Below, piece after piece: positions 18,466 through 27,975 of a stretch of 64,000 nt of DNA. This DNA is from an uncultured bacterium. GTDB lineage: Bacteria > Acidobacteriota > HRBIN11 > JAKEFK01. Every line of letters begins with the position of its first letter. The stretch's first letter is position 1. Under the pieces are notes generated by a model that was given only the letters and a program-made list of their open reading frames with translations, made no database searches and had not been told where the DNA came from. Both the position numbers and the translations under genes were made by a program. The stretch is from contig CAVZQN010000004.1 of assembly GCA_963777505.1 (NCBI GenBank), positions 1,568,001 through 1,632,000 of the forward strand, in the 5' to 3' direction.

Positions 18466-19836
18466 CTATTGGACTTGGAGTTTGGCGTAGGAGGGTGAAC
18501 TGCCGCAGCTTTCAAACCATTCGAGGCCTTCACACACCATATCAAATTTCAGCCAGTACTGGCCGGGTGAGTTTACGGCGGGAACTTGAAAATCAAGACG
18601 CAATGCTTGTCCTGAAGGAAGAGCCTTTGGAAGCAAAGCACGTCCGAAGTTGCGGTTAATCATGCTACGGTTGCGATCTAACAATGAAATTCCGAGAGTG
18701 ATATGTCTTCGATTCGTGCGTGAAGTGTTTTTCCAGAGTGCCCCGCCGGCATTAAGAATTTCTGCGCTTGTAGTAAACGATTGGCCGGCTTTGACTTTCA
18801 ATGCTGCAATCTCCGGACGTATTTCGGCTTTTAATGCTTTTTCGTGGATTGCATTTCCTAAAGCGCTCCAGATTTCATGCTGAATCTTTTCATATTCAGG
18901 GCGTCCCGGAACAAACCTTTCGGAAGCTGAATTTTCAGGATGATCTGTAATTTCCCAGCATAAACGATCGATTCCAAGTTCACCTGCAAGTTTTCGTGCA
19001 AGATCCATCTCTTCATCAGTGTCGTTCCAACGAAACAAAATGTAACGCCAGTTGATGAACGGCGTATCGGAGTTCAGTTCATGTTTGATTTCCACAAAGC
19101 GCTTCAGGATGCGCATCAATTTATCGAAATCGCCTCCACGCCTGTAACGCACATATGATTCTTGCATGGCCCCATCGATCGAGAAAGTAATTTCATCAAT
19201 CCCTGATTTCGTAAGAGCGCGCAGTTTTTCATCCGTGTTTAGCAGCAATCCATTAGTGCTTGTAAAAAGATAAATCTGAGGATATCGAGATTTTGCATAT
19301 TCGATCATTTCGATCGCGCGTGGATGGATGAAACTTTCACCGTAATTAAAGAAGTCAATGCGCTGAAGTCCCGGTCCAAGCTCATCAATTACTTTTGTGA
19401 AAGTGTCATAATTCAAGAGCCGGATCGATCGCGTAAAATGGATTCCATTTTCATGATTGCAACAAGCTTCAAAACAGGAAAGATTGCAGGAGACACAAGG
19501 CTCTACGAATAAACGCTGAGGCATATAGGCAAGCGAGGTGCCATCAGGTAATTTCACTGCAGGATCGGATGCAACTCCCATCAAGTTGCAATGGGTGCAA
19601 AGTACGGGATTATTTTTATGCAGACCCTCACGCAATCCACGAAACACCGGACCATTCCAAATTTCTTTAATGCTCAAGATCGATGCATTGCCAGCCGGAC
19701 GCTTTTTGAATGGATCGGCACAACCACAAACGATCGTTCCATCTGACATTAATGTGACCGTCTCCCATGGCCATGTACAAAAGAAACGCTGGCCTGGTTG
19801 AAGATCGATTTGAGAGGGTTCTTCGGTTCCTATCAT
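18466..19836 (-). CDS. Radical SAM protein with N-terminal SPASM-like Cys domain and C-terminal Ig-like domain
   Basis: CTWPW...DGTIVCGC...IWNG...CTHC, then CNLSCFEAC, NYGESFIH, STNG, FSIDG...YRRGG; C-terminal beta-rich PGQYWLKFDMV. Confidence 0.8.
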   Translation of the reverse strand: MIGTEEPSQIDLQPGQRFFCTWPWETVTLMSDGTIVCGCADPFKKRPAGNASILSIKEIWNGPVFRGLREGLHKNNPVLCTHCNLMGVASDPAVKLPDGTSLAYMPQRLFVEPCVSCNLSCFEACCNHENGIHFTRSIRLLNYDTFTKVIDELGPGLQRIDFFNYGESFIHPRAIEMIEYAKSRYPQIYLFTSTNGLLLNTDEKLRALTKSGIDEITFSIDGAMQESYVRYRRGGDFDKLMRILKRFVEIKHELNSDTPFINWRYILFRWNDTDEEMDLARKLAGELGIDRLCWEITDHPENSASERFVPGRPEYEKIQHEIWSALGNAIHEKALKAEIRPEIAALKVKAGQSFTTSAEILNAGGALWKNTSRTNRRHITLGISLLDRNRSMINRNFGRALLPKALPSGQALRLDFQVPAVNSPGQYWLKFDMVCEGLEWFESCGSSPSYAKLQVQ

Positions 19837-21227
19837 TTTTGAATTGTTGCTACGTTTGGCAGGAGATCCTGGCGATCGATGAGTTGACTTGCCGAAATAA
19901 GCTCATAACCGCGTTGACGAAAAGTCTGGATAATTTCGGGAAGCCATTTATCGACACGATCTTCCGGTTGACGTTGAGTTCCCAGGTGCATCAGTACAAT
20001 AGCTCCATTTGTTTGAGCCGCTTCATTGTGCCCAAAACTTAAAATACGGTCTTTGATTAACATTGCAGGAAAATAATTTGCATAACTTGAATTTGGCACC
20101 CAATCCAGGCTGTCCATATTTTGGCGAGTCTTTGGATCGGATGTCCATGCAACGTGAACGAACCCGAGCTCGGCAGCCCAACGCCGAATTTCGAGATTAT
20201 GCTCTCCGTAAGGCGCGCGCCACAAAGGCACCATTCGTTTGCCAGTCGTAAGATAGAACAATTCATCCGTTTTACGCAACTGCATCTGAAGATCTTCGCG
20301 CGTGAGCATAGGAGAAGTTTTCTGCTGTGAATCCGTTGCAAATGTTGTGAGATGGTCATGGCTGAAAGTATGATTGCCAACTTCATGCTCTGAAGCGATA
20401 CGCCGCGACATTTCAGGAAATTTTTGAATGAACTCCCCGGTGAGGAAAATCGTGGAACGCACATTATGTTTTTTCAGTGCATTAAGAATCGATTCCGCTG
20501 AATTTGCCTCTGAGCCTCCGTCAAACGTGAGAACAATCTCTTTCCGATTGATGTTTCCGCGCGAAATATTGTCCGGTGAATTTTGGAAAAACTTCCAATT
20601 TGCGCTGTCAGACTTTATTGAATCCTGATACAGAACCATAATGGCTGGAGAAAAATTTGAAGATCCATCATCATCATAGAATCGGGTCTGCAGTACATTT
20701 GCATGTTTCGTTAGCATGACTTTTGGGAAGCGATACAGCGTGTTGCGTGCTACCGTGCTTTCTACAAGTGATCCGTTCAGGTAAACGGCAACTACAGCAT
20801 TTGCCGGAGCCGAGCCTTCTACCTCGACGAACTGAGAAGCGCTCTTCATCCCATTGATTGGCCGCGTAATATTAATCCCATCAGCCTTATCGTCAGCTTT
20901 TTCCAGGTCAATAGGCAGTGACGGTGTCATGAGATCAGGTTGTTGATGCTGACTTCCACCGGAATAAAAAGCGTCTGCAAGCAGGCCGAAATAAACAAAA
21001 CCTGCCGCTAAAACTACCAGCGAAGCATATATTGCATATCGACCATAATTGCGGGTGGGTGTAGCCGTCGCATTCTTTTGCAAATATGTTTTATGACAGA
21101 GGTCTCCGCAAAATAAATGATGATCCAGGCTAATCTGGCATTGCGGACAAAGCGCGCGACCACATTCAAAGCACTTACGGCGCGCAATACGTGACGGATG
21201 TTTAAAACAAAACCTAGGCTCGTTCAT
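19833..21227 (-). CDS. Membrane-anchored polysaccharide deacetylase (NodB/CE4) with N-terminal B-box-like zinc finger
   Basis: CFKHP...CFECGRALCPQC...C...C, TM helix, LTFDGG, EVGNHTFSH, WRAPYG, IVLMH. Confidence 0.85.
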   Translation of the reverse strand: MNEPRFCFKHPSRIARRKCFECGRALCPQCQISLDHHLFCGDLCHKTYLQKNATATPTRNYGRYAIYASLVVLAAGFVYFGLLADAFYSGGSQHQQPDLMTPSLPIDLEKADDKADGINITRPINGMKSASQFVEVEGSAPANAVVAVYLNGSLVESTVARNTLYRFPKVMLTKHANVLQTRFYDDDGSSNFSPAIMVLYQDSIKSDSANWKFFQNSPDNISRGNINRKEIVLTFDGGSEANSAESILNALKKHNVRSTIFLTGEFIQKFPEMSRRIASEHEVGNHTFSHDHLTTFATDSQQKTSPMLTREDLQMQLRKTDELFYLTTGKRMVPLWRAPYGEHNLEIRRWAAELGFVHVAWTSDPKTRQNMDSLDWVPNSSYANYFPAMLIKDRILSFGHNEAAQTNGAIVLMHLGTQRQPEDRVDKWLPEIIQTFRQRGYELISASQLIDRQDLLPNVATIQK

Positions 21228-21331
21228 CTCCGAAAAAGTCAGAACAAATTATGGGATGTTCATACTATCAATGTCAAACGCCTCGACGGACTATTGACTT
21301 GCCTCATTCCCGGGATTACCCTCAAAAAAAG

Positions 21332-22057
21332 ATGTATATTGTTTCACTTGTTTCATTCATGGTCATAATGTTTGCATGTGCAGGAAATCCCGATGGTTCA
21401 GGCCAAGCTGTCTCCGTGGAGGAACTTCGTAAATTGCGCCAAAACATGGTGAATCGTCAAATTATTGCCCGCGGCGTGAAAGATCCCCTTGTTCTGGAAG
21501 CGATGGATAAGGTGGAACGTCACCAATTCGTTTTGCCCGGTCAAGAACGTCAAGCTTATGATGATGGACCTCTTTCGATCGGTGAAGGCCAAACAATCTC
21601 TCAACCTTATATCGTTGCAATTATGACCGAGCTTGCGAAAATTGGTCCGGAATCAAAAGTTCTTGAAATTGGAACAGGTTCCGGCTATCAAGCTGCAATT
21701 CTTGGAGAGATTGCTAAGGAAGTTTATTCCATTGAAATCATTGAATCGCTAGGTTTGCGTTCGCAAAACCTTTTGCAACGTCTTGGTTATGAAAATGTGA
21801 AAGTTCGAATTGGTGATGGTTATAAGGGTTGGCCGGATGAAGCACCTTTTGATGCGATTGTAGTAACTGCTGCTCCGGATCATGTTCCTCAGCCGCTTGT
21901 TGATCAACTAAAAATCGGTGGACGCCTCGTGATTCCTGTTGGAGAACTTTATCAGGAACTTGAAGTCATCACTAAAACGGCTAAAGGCACGGAACGCAAC
22001 AAAATTATTCCAGTGCGATTCGTCCCGATGACCGGCGAAGCTGAACAAGATAACTAA
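21332..22057 (+). CDS. pcm: Protein-L-isoaspartate O-methyltransferase
   Basis: GQTISQPYIVA, VLEIGTGSGYQAA, PFDAIVVTAA, VRFVPM. Start uncertain; ATG 21332 gives a lipoprotein-like N-terminus. Confidence 0.93.
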   Translation: MYIVSLVSFMVIMFACAGNPDGSGQAVSVEELRKLRQNMVNRQIIARGVKDPLVLEAMDKVERHQFVLPGQERQAYDDGPLSIGEGQTISQPYIVAIMTELAKIGPESKVLEIGTGSGYQAAILGEIAKEVYSIEIIESLGLRSQNLLQRLGYENVKVRIGDGYKGWPDEAPFDAIVVTAAPDHVPQPLVDQLKIGGRLVIPVGELYQELEVITKTAKGTERNKIIPVRFVPMTGEAEQDN

Positions 22058-22084
22058 AATCTCTGCGTCTTTGCGGTTTAATAA

Positions 22085-23164
22085 TCAAAAGTAAAGATGA
22101 ATGCGGAACGTTAGCTCATCTGCATTCTGAATTTCATTTTGCGGAATGCTTTGATTGAAGCTGTAATACACTCCGACCTGTAAGAACGGAACGATAAAAG
22201 GTTCGACTCCAACCAACACTCGATCGCGCTGATTTTCATCGATATCCCGATTTGGGTCAAGAAATTCATACGCAGCTTTGACATTCCAGCCATCCGTTAT
22301 CAGGTAATTTACTTCAGCGTGTGCAACAAATTGTTCGCGATCAGCTTCATCGGGAATTTCGTCCTTCACAAGATCGACTTCACCAAGAAAAACGGCTTTG
22401 TACAATCGGAATCCACCCCACAAACCTGCTGCCGTGCGATCACCCAAATCGGATGGGTTGTACGATCCTGAGGCGCCGATTCTAAATGCATTCGCTGCAT
22501 ACGATACAGATCCAACGAATTGTTTTGAAGCATTGTTATCCAGGCTACTACCGGTGCCGTTTGTTGCGGAAGTTACAATTGAAAAAGGTCCAGGTTCAAA
22601 GCCGACTTCAACTCCCGCGTCAGGATTATTGAAATTAAATCCTGTTGCTTCGCGGATAAATGCGCGATCATCTTCAATTCGCAGGCCGTAAGGGAGAATA
22701 AAACGTCCGCCTTTGATCCATCCGTGCGCAGGCATCGCCTCGAACATCGCGAATATTTCACGACTCTGGACTCCGCCCGGCGCGACACTTTCATCAACAT
22801 ACAAAGAAAGCATGTCTGGAATTGGTTTTACATGGAGATAAATATTTCCTTTGTCGGTTAGAAATGTATTTGCGGTGTTATCTTCAACGAAAGTGCTTTG
22901 ATTCAAGAATCTGAAATCCCCACCCACTGAAAGATTTCCGTCTAGAATCGCCCAATAGTGTGGCACTTTTTTTTCACTCAGGTCGATTTTTTGCCAGGGA
23001 AGGGCTTGGGTTCCGTATCCAGATCCCATTACATTACGTTTACCGCCTCCGGTTCGATTCACATGACAGGCACTGCATTTGAGACCTTCACGAATCGCAA
23101 GATAAGGTTCCGAAAAAACAACGGTTGGACACAGAACGAACAGCAGCAAGATTATTCGTTTCAT
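22085..23164 (-). CDS. Outer-membrane beta-barrel with N-terminal c-type heme motif (Cyc2-like cytochrome-porin)
   Basis: Signal peptide, EPYLAIREGLKCSACH immediately after it, amphipathic beta-strands, C-terminal aromatic signature IHLYF. Confidence 0.65.
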   Translation of the reverse strand: MKRIILLLFVLCPTVVFSEPYLAIREGLKCSACHVNRTGGGKRNVMGSGYGTQALPWQKIDLSEKKVPHYWAILDGNLSVGGDFRFLNQSTFVEDNTANTFLTDKGNIYLHVKPIPDMLSLYVDESVAPGGVQSREIFAMFEAMPAHGWIKGGRFILPYGLRIEDDRAFIREATGFNFNNPDAGVEVGFEPGPFSIVTSATNGTGSSLDNNASKQFVGSVSYAANAFRIGASGSYNPSDLGDRTAAGLWGGFRLYKAVFLGEVDLVKDEIPDEADREQFVAHAEVNYLITDGWNVKAAYEFLDPNRDIDENQRDRVLVGVEPFIVPFLQVGVYYSFNQSIPQNEIQNADELTFRIHLYF

Positions 23165-23175
23165 TCAGTTTTCCC

Positions 23176-23634
23176 TCAGTTGCGTTGGGCACCCTGGGAG
23201 ATCCAAACGCGGAAAGCGTTAATGGTTTCTTGAGGCAATGGCGGAATATTTAATGGCATCTGAGCCCCTACAATATTCGGCACCCCTTCAAGTTTGTGAA
23301 TTAAATAGCTGTTATCCGGATCGCCTGGTCTTACTCGAAACAGTTCCGGTCTTTCAACTGATGCAACGTTTACCAAAGAATCGTAAGCATTGACTTCATC
23401 TAATCGCAGTCCTTGCGGAGCATTTGCACCGATATGACATGCAACACAAACCCTGTTAAAAACATTGGCCTGAATGTTTGTAAAGGTAGGAGGAAAAGTT
23501 ACGGGCAAGTCTCCATTTCCAGAACCGACCGGATTGCCATTTTCATCGAGTCCATTTCCATTGCCCGCACATCCTGCAAGTAAAGCTAATAATGCGAAAA
23601 CCGGCAAAACTCGAAGTAAATCTCTAAAAAACAC
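23176..23634 (-). CDS. Monoheme cytochrome c lipoprotein
   Basis: Lipobox LAGC, CVACH, PGDPDNSYLIHKL, distal Met in QMP, WISQGA. Confidence 0.8.
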   Translation of the reverse strand: MFFRDLLRVLPVFALLALLAGCAGNGNGLDENGNPVGSGNGDLPVTFPPTFTNIQANVFNRVCVACHIGANAPQGLRLDEVNAYDSLVNVASVERPELFRVRPGDPDNSYLIHKLEGVPNIVGAQMPLNIPPLPQETINAFRVWISQGAQRN

Positions 23635-23683
23635 GATACGTTAGAAATATCAGCCAAAACCAGGGAAGTCAAGATCTTTGCGG

Positions 23684-24676
23684 CTAGAGCTTGCGAACTT
23701 GAACTCCTGCTTCCTTTAGCAGTGCGAAAGAAGTTTCAGACAGCGGATAATCATGGTTGAAGACAACTTCCATAATTCCGGAGTTGATAATCATCTTCGT
23801 ACAAAGCAGACAGGGTGAGAATGTTGAATATAATGTTGAACCTTTTAATGCTGTTCCATGATATGAAGCCTGAGTAATTGCATTTTCTTCACCATGTGAG
23901 CAAAAACATTCTTCGAGTGAGCTTCCGCTTTTTGCGAGTGAATTGCATCGCGGACAACCGCCTTCATTGCAGTTTTTCGTTCCCCTTGGAGTGCCATTGT
24001 ATCCGGTTGAAATAATTCTGCGGTCTTTTACGATGATTGCTGCAACTTTCCGTTTCACACAGTTGCTCCGGCTTGCTACAACTTGAGCAATCGACATGAA
24101 ATATTCATCCCAACCTGGACGCGAAAAATTTCCCATTTCACCGCTCACAACGCCTTGAACCTTGCTATGAAGAGTATCCAGATCCTCATCATTCATAATT
24201 GTAAAGTTTGCCATTGCCTGACAATCTTCAATGCTTTGCATATGAGTCGCAGTGTTTTTACGTTCTGCTTCTTCTTTGGCTGTGAATTCCTTCAAAGTCT
24301 TTGGATCATTTTCCCTGTTGCGGGATCGAATCCTTTCAAAACGCACATCTGCCGGAGCATCTACATTCAACAAAACAAAACGGCCCGATTCGCGTAACGC
24401 CGCAACCTCAGCAGGATTGCGAATTGAATCGATTACGTAATTTCGATTCGGATCGATTTTTTGCAGAATCCGCCTTGCCAGAATATCGGCGCCATGTTTT
24501 TCGCGAAGCTCATTTCCTAAGGCAATCAGGCTGTCGCGAGTAATAGGAATTTTGCGTGCATCTAACTCGTCACGAATTGCATCCGAGAGCGAGTAATAGT
24601 AAAAACTCTTGTCTTTAAGAAAGGATGCGACTTCGCCCTTGCCTGCAGCGTTTTTGCCGGTTAATCCGATAATCAT
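23684..24676 (-). CDS. P-loop kinase-like domain fused to dCMP deaminase
   Basis: N-terminal IIGLTGKNAAGKG, VIDSIRNPAE; C-terminal RPGWDEYFM, STGYNGTP, CSHGEENA, PCLLC. Confidence 0.88.
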   Translation of the reverse strand: MIIGLTGKNAAGKGEVASFLKDKSFYYYSLSDAIRDELDARKIPITRDSLIALGNELREKHGADILARRILQKIDPNRNYVIDSIRNPAEVAALRESGRFVLLNVDAPADVRFERIRSRNRENDPKTLKEFTAKEEAERKNTATHMQSIEDCQAMANFTIMNDEDLDTLHSKVQGVVSGEMGNFSRPGWDEYFMSIAQVVASRSNCVKRKVAAIIVKDRRIISTGYNGTPRGTKNCNEGGCPRCNSLAKSGSSLEECFCSHGEENAITQASYHGTALKGSTLYSTFSPCLLCTKMIINSGIMEVVFNHDYPLSETSFALLKEAGVQVRKL

Positions 24677-24745
24677 ATTGGCGAAAAGATTAACATATCT
24701 GGAGCTTTGTGTCTCTGCGGTAAATAAAGCCTTATATTGTTCAGA

Positions 24746-25825
24746 ATGATTTCAATAAAATTCAGTATCGTCTTTATACTTTTGGCATCATTTGCGGTCG
24801 CGCAACAAGCGGATCCTTATTTGGTTGGTGCCCATTATTATCTTTGGTATCGCAGCGGATCATGGGGAAACATTGATGGCGACCCTTTATTGGGTAAATA
24901 TGATTCAGCTCAAGATTCAGTGATCAGTCAGCATATCCGCTGGGCAAAAAATTATGGAATCGATTTTTTTGGTGTGGAATGGGGCGGCAAAGATCGTGAA
25001 CAAGATGAAGATATGCGGAAACATTTTCTCGTGTCTTCCGATCTGAAAGGTTTTCAGTTCTGCATCGCTTACGATACTTTAACTCGATTTGCCAAATATC
25101 AATCTCCACCTTTTGATTTTAATGATTCGCGAATCTTGCACGAATTTGTATCGGATTTTGCATACTTAAGCCGTACATATTTTTCACATCCGAGCTATTT
25201 GAAGTTTAACGGGCGTCCGGTAGTTTGGGTTTACATCGCGCGAGGTTGGAAAGGGGATTGGAAGCGCGCACTTCGCGAAGCACGATATGAAGTGAAAAAG
25301 AACGGTTTTGATTTATATCTTGATGGCGATTTGCTGTGGCCTGATCGCACCGATACTGACCGGCTTTCATATTTTGATGCTGCTTCAGCATATGTATTGA
25401 ATCAAAAGGAATTGTTTACAAAACAGAAAGTGAAGAAGACCGCCGACATTATTCCTATTGCTGATAAATATTTTCGCGAATGGGCAGGAATGTTAGACGT
25501 TGTAAAAAACAGACAGACAAATGAAAAGGTAGCTTTTCATCCTGTTGTCCATCCACAGTTTTGGAAACCTGCAGACCCCGGCGCATTGTACTACTCTCTA
25601 GATTCACCAGATGATTTCAAACGCTTTGCAGAAAAGGCGCGAGATACCGCTACATTGAATACACTTGCGAACGCAAAAGTCATCTGGATTACAAGCTGGA
25701 ATGAATGGTATGAAGGTAGTTCGATTGAGCCAACGCACAACGGCCCTTCATACCAAAAGAATTATGGATTCGAATTGTTGAGAGCAATGAAGGAAGTATT
25801 TGTAGTAAGGCACGCAGCCGAGTGA
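24746..25825 (+). CDS. Secreted glycoside hydrolase, GH99/GH71-like
   Basis: Signal peptide, GAHYYLWY, PLLGKYDS, GIDFFGVEW, ITSWNEWYEGSSIEP. Confidence 0.8.
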   Translation: MISIKFSIVFILLASFAVAQQADPYLVGAHYYLWYRSGSWGNIDGDPLLGKYDSAQDSVISQHIRWAKNYGIDFFGVEWGGKDREQDEDMRKHFLVSSDLKGFQFCIAYDTLTRFAKYQSPPFDFNDSRILHEFVSDFAYLSRTYFSHPSYLKFNGRPVVWVYIARGWKGDWKRALREARYEVKKNGFDLYLDGDLLWPDRTDTDRLSYFDAASAYVLNQKELFTKQKVKKTADIIPIADKYFREWAGMLDVVKNRQTNEKVAFHPVVHPQFWKPADPGALYYSLDSPDDFKRFAEKARDTATLNTLANAKVIWITSWNEWYEGSSIEPTHNGPSYQKNYGFELLRAMKEVFVVRHAAE

Positions 25826-25859
25826 ATACGAGGCAGTGCCGTAATACAGAACGAACAAA

Positions 25860-26939
25860 ATGACAGACCTCTTAAAACGTTATGGCTGGAATCAATTCTT
25901 TGAACAGCAGTTTGCTTCTCTTGTTGATGAAGGCTTGATTCCAGGGCGTGTCATAGAACAACAACGAAATAGCTACACTTTGAAATCAGAGCAAGGCGAT
26001 TTATTGGCTCACATCGCAGGAAAAGTCAGGTATCATGCGCGCGGGATCGAAGATCTTCCCGCCGTTGGGGATTGGGTCGTTGCTCAACCAACTGGTGATG
26101 GCGCAGCGCGAATTGAACAGATATTAAAAAGACAAACCCAGTTTGTGCGAAAAGCTCCAGGCGAACGAACAGAACAGCAGGTACTCGCTGCAAATGTTGA
26201 CGCGGTATTTCTTGTCAGCGGACTGGATCAAGACTTTAATTTGCGCCGGATCGAACGGTATCTTGTTCTGGCAATTGAAAGCGGAGCGCGTCCGATTATT
26301 GTTTTGAACAAAGCCGACCTCTGTGAAAATATCCTAAACAAGATTGATGAAGTACGATCGATAGCGCCAGCAACCCCAATCGTTGCAATGAGCGCGCTAT
26401 ACGACGAAGGACTTGATGCATTTGAAAAAAATCTTCCGGAACGTTCTACCGCAGTTTTGCTTGGCTCTTCCGGTGTCGGAAAATCAACGATCATTAATCA
26501 TTTGATGGGACATGAAACGCAAACCACTCAAAGCGTTCGTGAAAGTGACAGCCGTGGACGCCATACAACAACACATCGCGAATTGATGATGCTTCAGTGG
26601 GGCGCAATGTTAATCGATACGCCTGGATTACGCGAACTTCAGCTTTGGGGTGAGGCTCAAAGTGTTCAGGATACTTTTCAGGATATTAGCGATATCGCGT
26701 CGTCTTGCAAGTTTTCCGATTGTGTTCATGAATCCGAACCAGGATGTGCCGTAAAAGCGGCTCTAAAGGAGGGTTCGCTGAATCAAGATCGTTATGATAG
26801 CTATGTAAAACTTCAACGTGAAATTTCATATTTGAAGCGGAAGGAAGATCCAAAAGAACAGCGAAATGAAAAAGAGCGCTGGAAGAAAATTCATCAGGCA
26901 AACAAACAATTCTACAAAACCCCCAAACATTCGAATTAA
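25860..26939 (+). CDS. rsgA: Ribosome small subunit-dependent GTPase A
   Basis: AVGDWV, NKAD, GSSGVGKS, GRHTTT, DTPG, CKFSDCVHESEPGC. Confidence 0.95.
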   Translation: MTDLLKRYGWNQFFEQQFASLVDEGLIPGRVIEQQRNSYTLKSEQGDLLAHIAGKVRYHARGIEDLPAVGDWVVAQPTGDGAARIEQILKRQTQFVRKAPGERTEQQVLAANVDAVFLVSGLDQDFNLRRIERYLVLAIESGARPIIVLNKADLCENILNKIDEVRSIAPATPIVAMSALYDEGLDAFEKNLPERSTAVLLGSSGVGKSTIINHLMGHETQTTQSVRESDSRGRHTTTHRELMMLQWGAMLIDTPGLRELQLWGEAQSVQDTFQDISDIASSCKFSDCVHESEPGCAVKAALKEGSLNQDRYDSYVKLQREISYLKRKEDPKEQRNEKERWKKIHQANKQFYKTPKHSN

Positions 26940-26961
26940 TGTTTTTTTTTACCGCAAAGAC

Positions 26962-27957
26962 TCAGATGACAAGTTCTGAAACGGGGAAGAGAGCAGGGGA
27001 GTTTTCTAGAACTTTAGTTACTGCCGATTCAACCGGCCCATTCATCAATATTCCTGATGCATGTTGATGTCCGCCACCGCCGAAACGTGCTGCAAATTTA
27101 TTTACATCAACATCACCTTTGGAACGCAAACTCACTTTGACTCGTCCATCAGGAAGTTCAAGAAACAGAAGTGACGCAAGAACATTTTTGATTCCACGTG
27201 CAATGTCAACGAATCCTTCAATCTCTTCCGGTTCTACGCCCGTTTTTGTCAGCATGTCTTGAGTAACGACAGCCCAGGCAAGGCGTCCTGTGTGCATATA
27301 TTCGAGATTGCACAACACCATTCCAAGGAGTTTTACACGCGCCGGCGAACATCGCTCATAAATTTGTTCGTAGATGTGAGCGGGATTGATCCCAGTTTGA
27401 AGTAACTGAGAGGCGGCAACATGAGTCCGGTGATTGGTGTTGGGAAACCGGAATGCTCCAGTATCCGTCAAGATCGAAGCATACAACGGCTCAGCTATAT
27501 CCGTCGTGAGTGGAGAATTCATTTCTGTAATCAGTTCAAGAACAAGTTCTCCTGAAGCACATGCGTCCTGGCAAATCCAGTTAATATCTGCAAAATCGCC
27601 GCAAAGCGGATGATGATCGATGCAAATCTTGAGTGCCGGATGATTTTGAATAACAGAATGCATCGGACCTAATCTTTCCCACTTACTGATATCCAGAATG
27701 AAAATCACTTGAGCTTTATCGATGATGGAAGTGTCATGAGGTTCGTACAAGAAAATTTCGGATGGTCTCTCCAGAAATTGATATTTCCGCGGAGTCCATG
27801 TGGAGTTAACGATACAGGCTTCTTTGCCAAGCCTTTTCAAGAAGCGCAGAAGACCGAGTTCGGATCCGATACCATCACCATCTGGATTTACGTGTGTGGT
27901 GATGATGAAGCGTTGATTTGCGTTAATGGCTTCTTTCGTTTTTGTAAAAGCGTCCAT
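26962..27957 (-). CDS. nrnA: Bifunctional oligoribonuclease/PAP phosphatase (DHH/DHHA1)
   Basis: HVNPDGDG, IDHH, TDTG, SLRS, GGGGH. Confidence 0.9.
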   Translation of the reverse strand: MDAFTKTKEAINANQRFIITTHVNPDGDGIGSELGLLRFLKRLGKEACIVNSTWTPRKYQFLERPSEIFLYEPHDTSIIDKAQVIFILDISKWERLGPMHSVIQNHPALKICIDHHPLCGDFADINWICQDACASGELVLELITEMNSPLTTDIAEPLYASILTDTGAFRFPNTNHRTHVAASQLLQTGINPAHIYEQIYERCSPARVKLLGMVLCNLEYMHTGRLAWAVVTQDMLTKTGVEPEEIEGFVDIARGIKNVLASLLFLELPDGRVKVSLRSKGDVDVNKFAARFGGGGHQHASGILMNGPVESAVTKVLENSPALFPVSELVI

Positions 27958-27975
27958 GTCTCGGAGGTTAAACAA

